Assembly: GCA_050575255.1 (NCBI GenBank)
Contig: JBNZDD010013730.1
Location: forward strand, 5,358,345 to 5,422,344
Direction of reading: 5' to 3'
From: Harriotta raleighana
Taxonomy: Eukaryota
DNA length: 64,000 nucleotides
The notes beneath the pieces were generated by a model. It saw nothing but the letters and a program-made list of their open reading frames with translations, was not told the DNA's origin and searched no databases. Position 1 is the stretch's first letter, and every line of letters starts with the position of its first letter. Made by a program: the position numbers and the translations under genes. Positions 26,005 to 39,237 of the stretch are shown here, one piece after another.

Positions 26005-27424
26005 ATAGGATTTTCCCAACAGTGATCTCATTTGAAGTTCAAGAATCCCAATAAATCTATTTTCCTAATGTACTCCAGATTGCTGCAGGAATATCAAGAG
26101 TCAAGTTTTCATACCATTTATTCTTTGGAGTTTGGTATACGTGCAATGTATCATCCCAAAAGCATAAAGGAATTCAGTAATGAAATAACACCTGCTGAAA
26201 AGCAACTCTTTGTAGAAGCACGTCTTGTACCATCTGTAAAGGAGACTTCCACCTTTTCACATCCTGAATGCACTTGGACACTGCATACTGTGCAATGTCC
26301 ATATTGTGATCTATTTATAGTGACTGAAGATGTTTGCAAGAGAGACCAACCTTATTATGTATGGAGCAATAAGGAATTGCTACTTGCCACCCACTCCTGT
26401 TTTGTAAAACCAAGTCCCATCAACACTTTTCTTTCTCCTCAATGATCTTCTTGTTTCTCATGTACTTTCAAAGTTATATTCAATTCATTGCATTAGTGTG
26501 TAACAAACATTTGTATTTATATTGTTTAGGCTTTTCTTATTGACTATCTGGCTAGTGGTAATGAACCATACCTCAATTCAGATTAAATTTGTAAGCAACG
26601 TCAATGGAAGATTTTCTCATTTATTAGTCAGACCAAGTCATTTGGTATTTTAGTGGAAATGCAGTATGGTTGATAAACTCATACAGTGATAGGTTTATTT
26701 GCAATATGCAGAACAGTGGCAATTGGCACAAGTACAGATTACTGTCAGTAGTAACTCATTATAAGCAACAGTAAATCTGATTAAAACAGCCCCACACACC
26801 AGAAAGTAGCAGCTGCTGATACCAGTCGATGAGTTTTAAAAGTAATAACCGACAGTGGAGAGCAATAACCAAAGTTAAGGAAAGTAAATGGCTTATTTCT
26901 TTAGTTCTGATTATTTCAAATGATTACATTGTTGGTCTAAAGCTTAGAACTTTCAGTTCATATATCTGTTGTGTGAATAAATATTACAGCAATTCGAGCC
27001 CTGTAGATTTACAAGATATAAAGGAATAGCTCAGAATAAATCGCTACCACAGCATTATTACAGTTGTGTCTTTTTTTCCTGTGAAAAATAATCTTACATT
27101 TATCCGCTGTTATAAGCTTCCCTAATCAGGCAACAACCATGTCAACAATATTTCCAAGTAAAAGAATATCCCATTTCTTCAAAGCCTTGGGTCCAACATT
27201 TCCCCTTACAGAACCGAAAAGCTCTCAGTTCACAAAGGTCACATGTCACTGTACCCAACCCATTTAATATTAGCTCAAAAAAAGGTGACATCCACAATTG
27301 CCAACTACACAAATGAGTCTGGCGCACGGAGAAAAATTGTGCACTGGCATTTTGCAGTGTGTTGCAGCAGCCAACACTGCATCCCAGGTAATGTGATGGT
27401 GACACTACTGTACTATGAAACACT

Positions 27425-27490
27425 GACTATACAGCGTCTTGAGACATCCTCCTGACGTGAAAGGGGCTAACAAATGTAATTTTGTTGCTG
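27425..27490 (+). mobile_element. L2 3' tail only
   Basis: acagcgtcttgagacatcctcctgacgtgaaaggggctaacaaatgtaattttgttg. Confidence 0.75.
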
Positions 27491-27909
27491 ATTTTATACT
27501 CTTACAAACTCTCTGTAATGATGTTATGCAGTTAGTTCCAGCTCGGCTCTAAAATATGCCAATAGTAGTGAATAATTTCAGGGGCCAGAACCAAAACAGA
27601 ACGGCAATTCCAATCATGTAAGCGTCTGGGACTACAATGAATGCAATGTAAACTTTTCCCTAACTGTGTTAGGTAACAAAATGACCCAGTCAAAAACTAG
27701 TTTGAACAATTAGTAGCTCACAATTGATGGCACAGATCAGCTTTAAGATGATCAGCTCCAGCACCTACATAAGAAAACTGTAAACATTCTGCATTGGGTC
27801 TGAAATTGTTCTGCATACTGACAAATTTGCTAATCAGAATGTAATGCAGACATTGGCAAAGACCAGTTTAATTTCTAACCTTTTGTTGGTCTTCTACTTC
27901 TCCTTTGAT

Positions 27910-28040
27910 TTCGCCCACAAATATACAGTCAATTTTTCCTACTTTCCGACCTCTCTCCCATCCTGCTCTGATCGCTACTTGACTGTACAGCGCCTTGGGA
28001 CATCCTCCCGATGTGAAAGACGCTATATAAATGTAATTTG
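27910..28040 (+). mobile_element. SINE-body/L2-tail chimeric fragment
   Basis: tcgcccacaaatatacagtcaatt (SINE body) joined to L2 UTR and tail cagcgccttgggacatcctcccgatgtgaaagacgctatataaatgtaat. Confidence 0.65.
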
Positions 28041-28251
28041 GATTGACTCAAAAGCGAGAAACGTGCTGAAAATGAATTTGCTGGCCATCATTTAGCATTT
28101 GAGTTCATGACTTTTGAATGGTACATTTTACATCTTATAACATGAAATGACCATTCACATTGTATGATATTGTAATAGTTCACTCAATGGACACAAATTG
28201 TGATAAATCACAAACATCAGGATTCATGTCCACACCACCTCCTTAGATAAA

Positions 28252-28381
28252 ACACAAAATACTACATAGGCTGGGAATCTGGAACAAAAACAGAAGTTGG
28301 AAACTCAGCAGGTCAGGCAGCATCCATGGAGAAAGGAAAGTTCTGACTGCTGAGTTTCCCCAGCAACTTCTGTTTTTGTTC
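28252..28381. mobile_element. Palindromic repeat, probably Penelope-like-element derived
   Basis: gaacaaaaacagaagttg (28282-28299) is the exact reverse complement of 28364-28381; inner gaaactcagcag/ctgctgagtttc also pair; same family as 32180-32330. Confidence 0.7.
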
Positions 28382-28841
28382 TATCTCCTTCGATGTTGAT
28401 TATTTTGAATGTTGTAACAGTGAAAGCTGCCTGAAATATATGAATTCATGTCGCTGAATCCATTTGGGATGCCATTGGCTGAATAAAGATGTGGCTAAAA
28501 GACTTCTGAAAATATGGACTGTTGCTATTAGTTTTAGTTCCTTTTTAAAAAATAATCTCATAACAGCAATAACTTTTTTTTTAGAAAAACACATCGAACT
28601 GCTTCCTGCAATCTGAGATTCCAGTTCCAGATTCTAGGCCTATGTTCAAATAATAAGGACCTTTGGAACTGGTTTGGATGTCACTTTCCAATGAAATTAC
28701 GACCAGCCTGGTTGCCAAAAACATTCACATGGGCTCAATGAATAGTATAACAAATTGGTGTCACTTAAATACTATCCATCAATCCGATTCCAAAATAGCT
28801 TATAGCAAGCCCGCCAAAGGAAAAACACACATATCTACCTG

Positions 28842-29084
28842 AGTTTTAAGATTCATTTTACTTCAACAAAGCCTTTTCCAGATGATAGCTTGATTTAATG
28901 ATAAACCCTATATAAAATGAAGAAGTGGTTATATAAAGTTTTTGTTTGCAAGAAGAAATACTAAGTTTTAAGATTCATTTTACTTCAACAAAGCCTTTTC
29001 CAGATGATAGCTTGATTTAATGATAAACCCTATATAAAATGAAGAAGTGGTTATATAAAGTTTTTGTTTGCAAGAAGAAATACT
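28842..29084. repeat. 121-bp tandem duplication ending at N 29085
   Basis: 28842-28962 repeats at 28964-29084; I saw no differences. Confidence 0.9.
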
Positions 29085-30059
29085 NCTATTTTACACATCG
29101 TGGGAATATTTTGAAACTACTATTAACTAAGAAAAGGCAACTTAAAATACACGCAGCGTGAGTAACAGATGAGTAATGATTTAAATTTCCTGCGCAGAAA
29201 AACATCTCTAGGTTTGATGATGTGTATCTAACTGGAAGCTAGGTAAAAGATGATGGTCCTGTCACTGAATTCAATTGGGAATAATTTTACTTCCAGTTGA
29301 AACCTATTTAATGTGCACATTTAGTATCTGTATAAAATATTTAGATTTAAAAGAATTTCATAAGAAATGTATGGGTTTCATACAATTCTAATGATTAATT
29401 TTGCTATGTGGTTAAAACATTGGTTCGAAATTCTATTATGATATTGACATGCGGTAAAGTATTAATCAGGACTTGTCTTTCGACACAATATCTGATTTAT
29501 GCCCTATAGCAGGAAATATCAAAGCCTGTGGCAGAAGTGACACAATTCTGTATTACAAATAGTTGAAAACATTTGGATTTGTGGTCACCAACATGATGTA
29601 ATTACTGATGGGATGGACAAGAGTCCTTTTAATGTGGATATATTTGGGTAACATAAAAGAACTCAGCTAAACGAAATTCCAATTTCACTTAGAGTCGAAA
29701 AAGTAAAAAGGAAACTCAATTTTTATTTTCTTTTATGCTGGGAAGGATGGAGTGGCTGCCAAATGAATAAATATTCTGTTTTTATGAGGCGGTTAGCAAA
29801 TATAAAAATGGATGTGTTACTTCTGGGACTGCATTTTCAACTAAAAGATGATCAAATGAAAGAAACGTTAAATTGAACCTGTTCAAAGGTGACTAATGGT
29901 GCAGGTTTAAGCAAGTGTTGACTGAATTCCGTCTAGTCATGGTGAGTAGAAGTAGCCTTTAACTTTAGGCAACAAAGGTATTGGGATTGCTCCCTCAACC
30001 ACAGTACCATTTGCTGTTGGGTAAGATTTTTCTGTATTTGCAAAAAAACACAGAGCTGA

Positions 30060-30325
30060 CAGGTTCACAAGTTCACATGAGAAGAAGGCCCTTCTTCCCA
30101 TTTGATCTCATCCATCAAAAACACCTACCCTACCATCCTCATATTACAGCAGCAAGCTGTTTCTTAAATGAGTCCAGTATTCTGCCCTCAAATGACCTTT
30201 TGTGGTAACCCATTCCAGTTGTCAATTATCCTCTAGGTAACGAAAAGCATTCTGCTGACTGTCCTGATATTGCGATTTGAAACTGTGAACCTGTGCCCCC
30301 TGGTTCTACTGCCTTGGCATATCTG
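30060..30325 (-). mobile_element. CR1 3' end remnant
   Basis: gaaggcccttcttcccatttga...gtttcttaaatgagtccagtattctgccctca...cccattccagtt...tgtgccccctggttct, typical reverse-strand CR1 3' region. Confidence 0.6.
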
Positions 30326-30831
30326 AAAATAAAAAAAAAACATTGTTTTTCCACGGCCTTGTGACTAGACTACGACATGAGTGGAAGCACAGACGTGATT
30401 CTGATCAGGTCACTCAGCATACTAGCAGATTGCTGAGCCAACGCCGCTCAAGCTGACACAATGAGTCTCAAGCGTCAACGTCTTGGTGATGGCCACTCAT
30501 GTGCTGAGGTGAAACTTGAAGTATAATTTCTGAATTGTCAGCTTCTGAATATTCTTCTGGGATTCCTAAATCTGTTTTTTTTTGTCCACACGTGTGGGCA
30601 TGGTAACTTTATACATATAGAAAAGCATTTGCGGCTGCTTGTAAATTTTGGAAATGCTGAATCAAACAAAGACTCATTGACTGAAGCAGGAAGGCTTTGG
30701 TGCTCAGCTTCTGCGGCCTGTTTAACACACACATCCCTCACCCGTTTTAACTTTACGCGTGGAAGAACGTCCGTTGCCCCCTCCTATGTGAAAAATCCAG
30801 TGTAAAGAACCTCACAAGCAGTTGAGGTAAA

Positions 30832-30995
30832 ATAATAATGTTTATATTTATGTGGCGCCTTGCATGTCAGGAGGATGTCTCAAAGTGCTTTGCAGGAAAC
30901 ACTGTAAAGTGTACTGACTGTAGATTTTGTAGAAGAATGCAGCAGCCAACATGTGCACAGCAGTGTCCCACAAACAGGTGAATGAATGACCCTAT
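30832..30995 (-). mobile_element. SINE 3' part
   Basis: gatgtctcaaagtgctttgcagga...gcagccaacatgtgcacagcagtgtcccacaaacag. Confidence 0.75.
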
Positions 30996-32179
30996 TACTC
31001 CCAAGTGCAGTGAGTATGACAATAGGTCATACTATTGGGAGAACTCGCCAGTCAGTTTCACAACTGAAATGTTGACAGGTTACGATTACGAGTTAGAAAT
31101 AAATATCTAACATCAAGAAATTATCTGAAATATGGAGTAATTAGAAGACCGAGTCATCTGCACGCTTTTCCTTAATCTTTGCATTAGTGTAGTTGCTGAT
31201 TATATTCACTGTTCTCCCTAGGGACAAGTGCACACCTTTAAGTTTACAAAAAGCTATTCACACCAGAGACCTGGTTAATGGTAGCTCCTAATGTTATTGA
31301 AAGATGCACACGTCACAATAGCAGTGAGGGGGGATGACCAAAGCAATATTTATAAAGATATGACACCAAACTATTTTTGAATGGTAAAGAGTGAAGGTAT
31401 AAATAAATACTGCAGTATTGCAAATCTGAAATTAAACATAAATCCTATATATATAGGTTAAGACCTCTGAATAGAAGAAAAAGATTGTCAGTGGTAAGAT
31501 GGATTCAGACAAAAGTAATTTTAAGGGTCAAGAAAAATCAGCTATCTTCAAACAAAGAAAATATTTTTAGATTTCATTTGTATAATGTCACTTTGCCCTG
31601 CCTGCCTTTAAAATTTAATTATAGTCATTTCTCGTTACTTCACTGGTGATATGTTGACCCTACTATTGCTTGGAAATTATGCCATTAATTCGGGATCTGC
31701 ATACATAAAACAATGCTCTTATGAACAGTGGAGGCAGAGTGGCACGTTGCTGAAATTTAAATGTTATAATATTCAATGAGAGCCTTTTAAAAGCTTTTAT
31801 TTTATTCAATCGACAGGGGTAAATTATTTCCAATGCACATTCTGCTGAGGTGCATGTCTGTCCCTGGTTGATTGAACGAGCAGTAATTTAGTCGCAAATT
31901 GTTGGACGCGTTAGATTTAGATTTCCATGCACAAGATTTCTTTACTTCTGTGAACATAAGAAACTCAACCGTTAGAAAGTCGCCTAAAAATCAGGCATAA
32001 GGCAAACGCATGGTATGAAGAAGATTACTTTCACAACAAACCATCCATCTACTTATATTGGCCACAATTTCTGCTGCTTCTGATACAACGTTTGACTAAG
32101 TCATTGATGGATAGAAAAGGTCAAATTTTAAAAATTGTTCTTGCAGCGACTTGCAAGCCAGCAATCACATTTAGCTATA

Positions 32180-32330
32180 AACAAAACGCAAATTACTACA
32201 GATGCTGGGAATCTGAAACACTCCCCAATTCTGACGAAGAGTCGTGGACCCGAAACGTTGACTCACTTTCTGTTCTCCATGGATGCTGCTTGAACTGCTG
32301 AGTTTCCCCAGCAACTTCTGTTTTTATTAC
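32180..32330 (+). mobile_element. Second copy of the palindromic Penelope-associated repeat
   Basis: tactacagatgctgggaatctgaaaca matches ~28260-28285; ctccatggatgctgc...ctgctgagtttccccagcaacttctgttttt matches the arms of the 28.3 kb copy. Confidence 0.75.
32226..32265 (+). ncRNA. Minimal type I hammerhead ribozyme motif, decayed
   Basis: CTGACGA (32231-32237), an extra A, stem II gagtc/gaccc, GAAA (32252-32255), minimal stem III c-g, GTT triplet; stems I and II have mismatches. Confidence 0.6.
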
Positions 32331-33411
32331 ATTTAGCTGATGGCCCTGAGCCACGTAATCCATACACACACACACAAACAGCTGCTTTCCTTCAGATGTT
32401 TGAGAATTGTGTCTCACTTTCTAAACCAGCAACTTCTGAATCTGTGTTCAACTCCGTTCTTGGATGACAGTGATTTATGAAGCGATTTGTGGGTCCCAAT
32501 AGCACAAAGAAATGAAACTAATGCCAACCTCGGAGTTCCTTGTGGATGCTTCGGTGACAGAAGTGGAGTGCATCTGCTTTCACTAAATATTGGTACAAGA
32601 TTATTCTTTACACACAGGAGTTGATTCGAAAGTGGAGGCTGTGAATGTGGGATCCCTAAGTGGATAAATACATTACGTTCCCTGTACTCCCACCTACAGT
32701 AACATTCTTCTTTAATCAAATACAATTAGCCTGAAAATTAGAGAAAACATTTGTACTCAATCTGTGCCTGAGCAGCAAGAAATTAAGGAGGCCCAAAACA
32801 AATCATAATATTCTACCAATTTCCTCTGTATTAGGTTTCTTTCCAGCTGGGACCATCCTATACCCAGGTGCCATCTTACAGCTGAAACATCTGCCTTGAT
32901 CAAGTGGATGCTGAAAATCTCTTAACATTTAAAAAAACACAGAAGGGAGATTCTCCCAATGTCCTGGACAACATTCCTCTGGATTATTTGATTGTTCACC
33001 TCATGGCGATTTGTGAGACGTTATTTGACGTTATACAAATTCCTCATAAGACATACTGTCACTCCACTTTACAGCATGTCCTGTTAAACGTTATTCCCTG
33101 TAAAGCGCTTTGAGACATTTCAACGTGAAGTTATTAAAAGTCAGCATGGCTTAATATGCCTGGCTAGACATGAGGGCAATGTGCCTCAAAATACTAAAAT
33201 AAACAATGGGAATTCATAACAGAGCAATGCAAAATTATTTATTTTCTCATGATTTCAGAAAGACGAAGGCATAGGTACCCTGTAGCTTTCTACAAACTCA
33301 TGAGAGCTATGATTATTTGTAATATCAAAGATTTTATAGAAATGTGTTCCCTTAAACTGTATGATTCAAAGGTTAGCATCAATGCCTTTATCATGAAACA
33401 AGATCCTACTA

Positions 33412-34290
33412 AAAGGAGGGGGCAAAGCCATGGATTGCTTTGAAAGTGAGGAGGAAGATCTTGAATTCGATCCTCTGAGGGATGGGGACCCAATGGAGCT
33501 GGATGAGGGTGGGAGCAATGGGGTCATGGAGCCTGGTGCTAGAGAGCACACGAGCAGCAGACATTTGGATGATCTGCAGCTTGTGAAGGGAAGAGTTGGG
33601 AAGGCCGACAATCAATGAGTTTCCATAGTCAAGCCTTGATGTGACAAATGCATGAGTGAGGGTTTTGGCAGCCTGAGGAATGAGGCAGTCCTGGAATCTG
33701 GCAATGTTATGGAGGTGGTGGAAGGCAGTGCTGGTCATGGTGCAAACGTGGAGGAGAAAGGACAGTTCAGGGTCAAACAAGACACCCAGGTTCCTGACTG
33801 GTTTCATGAGCATGCAGCCATGGATGCTGTTGCTGCTAATGCACAAGGTATGAAGGTGCTGACGCAAGCCAATCAAGAGGGCCTCAGTCTTGCTGATATT
33901 CAGCTGAAGAAAGTTGTCCCTCCTTCAGGACTCGATGTCGGACAAGCATTAGTCAGGACGCAGTTAGTCCTGGAGTTGAGGGTGGAAGCGGAGAAATGGG
34001 GTTGGGTGTCATGCGCATACATGTGGAAATTTACCTCAAGTCTGGATGATGTGATCGAGGGGGATCATGTAGAGAGTGAAGAGGAGGGGAGAAAGGACGG
34101 AGCCATGAGGAATGCCACACGAGACAGTGCGGGGGCTGATAGGAAAAGCCGTTGGCAGACACAAAGTGGAGACAGCGTGAAAGACAGGACCTGAACCACT
34201 CAAGGACAGTTCCTTGAAGGTTGAGCTGGGAGGAGAGGTGATGGAGGATTGAATGGTCCATGGTGTCAAAGGTGGCAGATAGGCCAAGGA
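33412..34290 (-). mobile_element. L2 LINE ORF2 (reverse transcriptase) fragment, frameshifted
   Basis: DHSILH...LEWFRSCLS, CGIPHGSVLSPLLFTLYM (GVPQGS motif), FHMYAHDTQ (decayed YADD), VRNLGVLFDPELSF, HAFVTSRLDYGNSL, LHWVPIPQRIEFKI in different frames. Confidence 0.95.
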
Positions 34291-36401
34291 GGCAGAGGAA
34301 ACCCTGTTCACAAATGGTCAGGTGCCTATGTTATTGTTCCGTAGGCATTGGGACTTTTGCCAGCTAAACATATTTCGATGTGATAAGATGCTATAAAAAT
34401 GTCTTTTTTCTCTTGCTCATTTTGCCCCAAATTGCCCTGCTGTTAAATTACTGTTTCATAACAAACTTCAACCTTGAATTCATTTTGGCTACTATTACTT
34501 TAATGTCACAATAAAATAGAGAATATGGTGGAGTGGAAATCCGCACAGTGTGTTTGACTCTTCATGAAAGTCAGATGCTTATACACGACATCAAGTTTGT
34601 TTCTTCTTGGAGGCAAAACATTACAGGTTATCATTTATAGGAATACACAAGAGGTGGAAAAGATGTACTGAGGGCAAGAAGAAAAAAAAAGGCTAGTTTG
34701 TGTTAAAAGAAAGGTGATTTCTGTGATCCGATTTTCAGCAATTTTGAAAGTCAGGCAATGTAGGTCACGGAGAGGAAAATAATATGTGGTCTTGGTAACA
34801 TTTTACAACAAGTCTTATTACAGAAACACGTACTGTGATTTTTATTGTCAATTAAAAACTTGTTCTCTGGAACATTAAGAGTCTCTGTGGCATAGGTGAT
34901 CAAGCCTACAGAAAAGTTATTTATGTTGCAATATTGGCCCCTTGGACCTGATAAAAGTGCCTCATCTCTGGGTGAACACAGTAACGCTTCTCAACCACAC
35001 AATTTAGCTGTAGGACACATTGCTAGTACTTAGCATGAGTTTCAATAACTTCAAAAAATCTATGGAGCAGAGGCAGCCAATATTAAAATCCTTAAAGTGA
35101 CTTGCTGTGCTGCAGTCGATGAGAAGTCTGCATCCAGACAGTTTTTTTTATTAACAGTGAATTACAGTTCACTTTAGTACAATTAGACATAATGAAGTGC
35201 ACATGTAGACAGTTGGGGCCACCTTGGAACCACCTTATAACAGAAGTAGAAAGGTGTGACTCGTGGTCGTTAATATCACCTTAGGTTTGTAATGGCAATA
35301 AATGACTCCGTCTAAAAAATATGTGCACACAGATCATCTGCAAAGCCTTTCCAAGGCACCCAATCCATCAGCAACGCACACTGCATTCATTGTCAATAAT
35401 CCGTTGATAACATAAAACATCTGCTGTAGTGAACGAACCAGCTTTTTAAAGAGAGAAAAAAAATATCTAGCCTCACTGGGAATGCTTGTAGATTTCAGCA
35501 CATCGGTACTGGGATTTAAGAGCAAAAAGATATTTTGGCACATCCACCTGCATGAGGTTGAGCATAGTTGAGTAATTGTAATTATTATGATAGGAACCCA
35601 TTATCACAGACGTGTCCTTCAGAGGATTAGACAGGCTGTGGTTCGGTCAGGAAACATGAAACACTCCCTGGCTATGCCTCATAATGAAGGCAAACTCTGA
35701 GCTGTTCTTAATTTTCAAATCAGTGAAAGACAATCGGTTTCCTTTTGCTTATTGTTTCTTCATTCACGACTGATAGTGGTAACCCGATCTGTGTACAGCG
35801 AACAGAGTCTACACCATCGCTGGAAATAAAACAGTCCACCATTGTTTCTTTGCGAAGTGGAATCTGTCTGTAAAGGTCAGGAAGAGCCAGTTTCCAACTT
35901 CAAGCTTTTGAAATGCCCCTTTCTATTCAGCCAAACATTTCATCCAATTCTTAATGAGAAGCATAATGAATGCCTGAATGTATTATTCTATGGCAGGCCA
36001 GCAGCAACAACTATAATCCTTTAATTGTACTTCAGGTAACACCAAAATTCGAGCTAGTTAAAAGCAAGTCGACCCCTCCTTTAATTGGCCTGGTGGAATG
36101 TGGTTGCTATTATGATTCCCAGATGAAAGGAGGATTTAAGTCTCTCAATGTGTGCGATGTATAGCTCAGCCTCATTTTTCTCACTGAATAAAAACACAGT
36201 TCTATTCTTCAAGCAAGATTTGAGGTTCATTGATTAGTAATTTTATCACTTGTTCATACTTTGGATCATTGACTACCTCCTAATTTATAGATAAATCAAA
36301 AGATGTGTCTTCAATGCACGTGTCTCAAAAATGAAAGAATGATTCAGTTTTGCTCTGCATACAATACCAAGCTCCAGTATTTTCCTAGCGATTTCTTTGG
36401 A

Positions 36402-36525
36402 ATAATAATAATAATCCTTGCATTTAATATAGCGCTCTTCATGTCTTCTAGATGTCTCAAAGTGCTTCACAGAATATACTGTAAAGTGAATTAACCGTAT
36501 ATATGTGGGCACCACCATCAACTAA
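36402..36525 (-). mobile_element. SINE 3' tail fragment
   Basis: (aat)n ccttgcatttaatatagcgctcttcatgtcttctagatgtctcaaagtgcttcacagaatatactgtaaagtgaatt. Confidence 0.85.
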
Positions 36526-38859
36526 TTGAAAAACCCTTAAGTATATCCAACAAATGAGGTTCACAAAGATGGAATATGTGAGAGTGGTTACTACGTTTCT
36601 CTCTCTGTGGTTGATTAAGATCCTGCTAGTATCAGTAATATTATGTAGTAGTAATAATAATCATGAGTTTCCTAGTCTGTGCCATCACATTACTTTTCAG
36701 TGATGAGCAGGAAATTCCATTTGGTCTGACCTTAATCGTGCAGGATAAATGGGAAGAAATTAAAAGAGAAAAAAACTGTATGGAAAGATTAAAGAATGTG
36801 TGTCTTTGCAAAAATATTTATAAAAAATAAAACATGTATTCTGTCTCTAAAAATACACTCAGCTTGCTGCCAGCTTCGTCCCCAGTGGCCAACAATAGCA
36901 AACTCTTGCCTGAAGAGATGCAACCTTCAACATTTGAACTCTAAGCAAACGCAATGCCATCATCTTGCATGTCAGAGCTGATAAGACACTGATTTGTATC
37001 GGTGAGAAAGCAGCCCTTTCTATGTAACACAGAACAATAGTATCAGCAGTTGCAGTCTTGCTTTCAGAGAGCAAACAATCTGTCCTCCGTTAATGAGAAC
37101 AATGTAGCTCAATATCTGGCTGAGATCTGGATTTAGACCAAGGTTACAAAAGTACAGATAGCAATGCCGACCACAGTCTTGCAATCCTAGTGGACACACA
37201 TAGTGGCAGGGGACGGTTCGGAGAATAAATACTGTTGTTGTAACAAATAGTTCTCTGGTGCCTCTCGCTTTGAGGAATCCAAAAAAAAGTTATGGTTTTC
37301 CGATGCTGCCAAGAATCAATAGGATTCTCTCAAGGCCTTCCTTTTCTTCAGAGTTAATTATGAGCTATTGATTTAAACGCATAAGTTATTGACATGGATC
37401 AATGATGTTACCTGTAGTGATCAGAACGATTAAATAAATTATAGTTATTACTGATTCCAAAGTTTGTCACTGGATTACTGGAACTGCTGTTGAATTACAG
37501 TCTATTGAAAGATTTTTTTTGGGGGGAGAGAAAATCACAAAACTGTTAAACCCACAGGGGAGATGTGCTAAATATTTGCAACACAAAGGCATAAAGTAAT
37601 GATCTGTGTAACTTTCACTTCTAATTCTACGAAGGATAAAATGTTTGCTGCTCATTAACAAACTGCAGCTGTCTGCTTTTCATCTGGCTTCTCTACCGGA
37701 CAACCCCAGGTGCGAAACACTGCTGGAACAAGCTTGTACAAAAATCCATATGCCATCAGAAATCTTAAGAGACTATTTCTTCACGGATTAAAAGAGTTGA
37801 ATCTCATACTTTTCGTGCCAGGTTTTTCTGCACAGCAGAGCCTATTCTCAAAATCCACTGCATGATGGTTAAACAATATGTTATGGTCATTCTTCCACGT
37901 ACACCATTAAAAAAAAGAGACACAGAGAGACGATGTGAGCCATCTGCTTTTTATTGAGGCTTCCATTCTTGCAGCATCCTCAGTCACTACACTGGGGTTG
38001 GCTTGACACATCTGCTCCAATTAATTTGGGGTTTCCTGTAAATTTACTTTTAAATGCAAGGATAATTTGCAATTCAATGCTGTGTAAAATGGCTGGATAC
38101 AATTTTGATCATGAAGTTGAGAGAATGCCGATACTAAAAGAATACATGGATACGAATAATAATAATAAGAGCTTAATCTTGATCAGCAAAAATGCTAAAT
38201 GGGATAGCATTTTTTCCGTGTTGTGCCAATGAATAGAAGATTGTGAGTTTCTCTCCACTCCTTCCTTCACAGGCAATTTTAGTTTACCCAGCCTTTGTCA
38301 GTGTGTCTGAAACACAGAATGCTTTCACTCTAGCCACTCTCCCCTATATTTAATAGAATTTTACTTAATTATACAAGTTCAATTAATTCAGTATTTGCCA
38401 ATGAAGGCACAATCACTGCTCTTCACAGTAAATCATGTGAAACACTTTGAGGCACGCACCCCCCAAAAAGAAACAATCCGTATAAGGTAAACTGAACTTT
38501 CTTCAGGATCGTGGGAGGTTCAGTTCCTGCTTTATGCCTTTCTGAAATTTGCAAATGGGTCAAAGGTCGATAAGTGTAAACCTGTGTTCAAAGCTGTTAA
38601 TTTATCAAATATTAAGCATGTTTAATTCGATATATTAAATTATAGCTAATATCCAGAATATTTGCATAAAAAATAACTAGAGGCGATTATTAATGCAATA
38701 TTAAAAAGGCATCTAATTCAACTAAAAAATGTACTTAGAGTGACATACCCTCTGAACAATCACATTGATTTGTGAAGCGTGTAAATAATTAATACGCAAA
38801 GTCTTTCTATATTGGCCCTCAGTGATGGTTACATACAGGGTCACAGGAATCATACACTT

Positions 38860-38960
38860 GCCTACAAATACATAGTAACTATAATTTACAGTGATACCGC
38901 AAAGCACTTTGAGACGTTTCGATAAAGTCTCAAGGTGCTACTTCAAGCATAATGATTATT
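38860..38960 (+). mobile_element. SINE 3' tail fragment
   Basis: aaagcactttgagacgtttc...aaggtgctacttcaagc...gattatt. Confidence 0.6.
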
Positions 38961-39237
38961 AGTAGTACAGTATATAATAAATGCCAGATTATCAAAACGT
39001 TGTGCAGAAGACAGCAGACAATAGCTGGGATTCAAAAGAAAGCTTTGATGCATTCTGCAGGTGTATATTTACATGACAAACAATAAAAGGAAGTTCTATT
39101 AGTCAAGTTAATTTAATATCAATATTAGTACAGAAGTCATTGATTACCATCATAGATTAAAGGCTTCTTAAGAAGCACACCTGGGGGAGGGATTTCGGGT
39201 TTAATATGTAATATAGTAAATATAATACCTATAGCAA

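Noticed and set aside
26032-26445. 137-aa ORF with a CPYC motif
   Set aside because: Non-ATG start, no recognisable domain and no convincing splice pair; BLASTP would settle it.
33652-34194. Longest ORF (180 aa, + strand)
   Set aside because: It is the antisense frame of the L2 RT remnant, which is often open in L2 elements; no independent homology.
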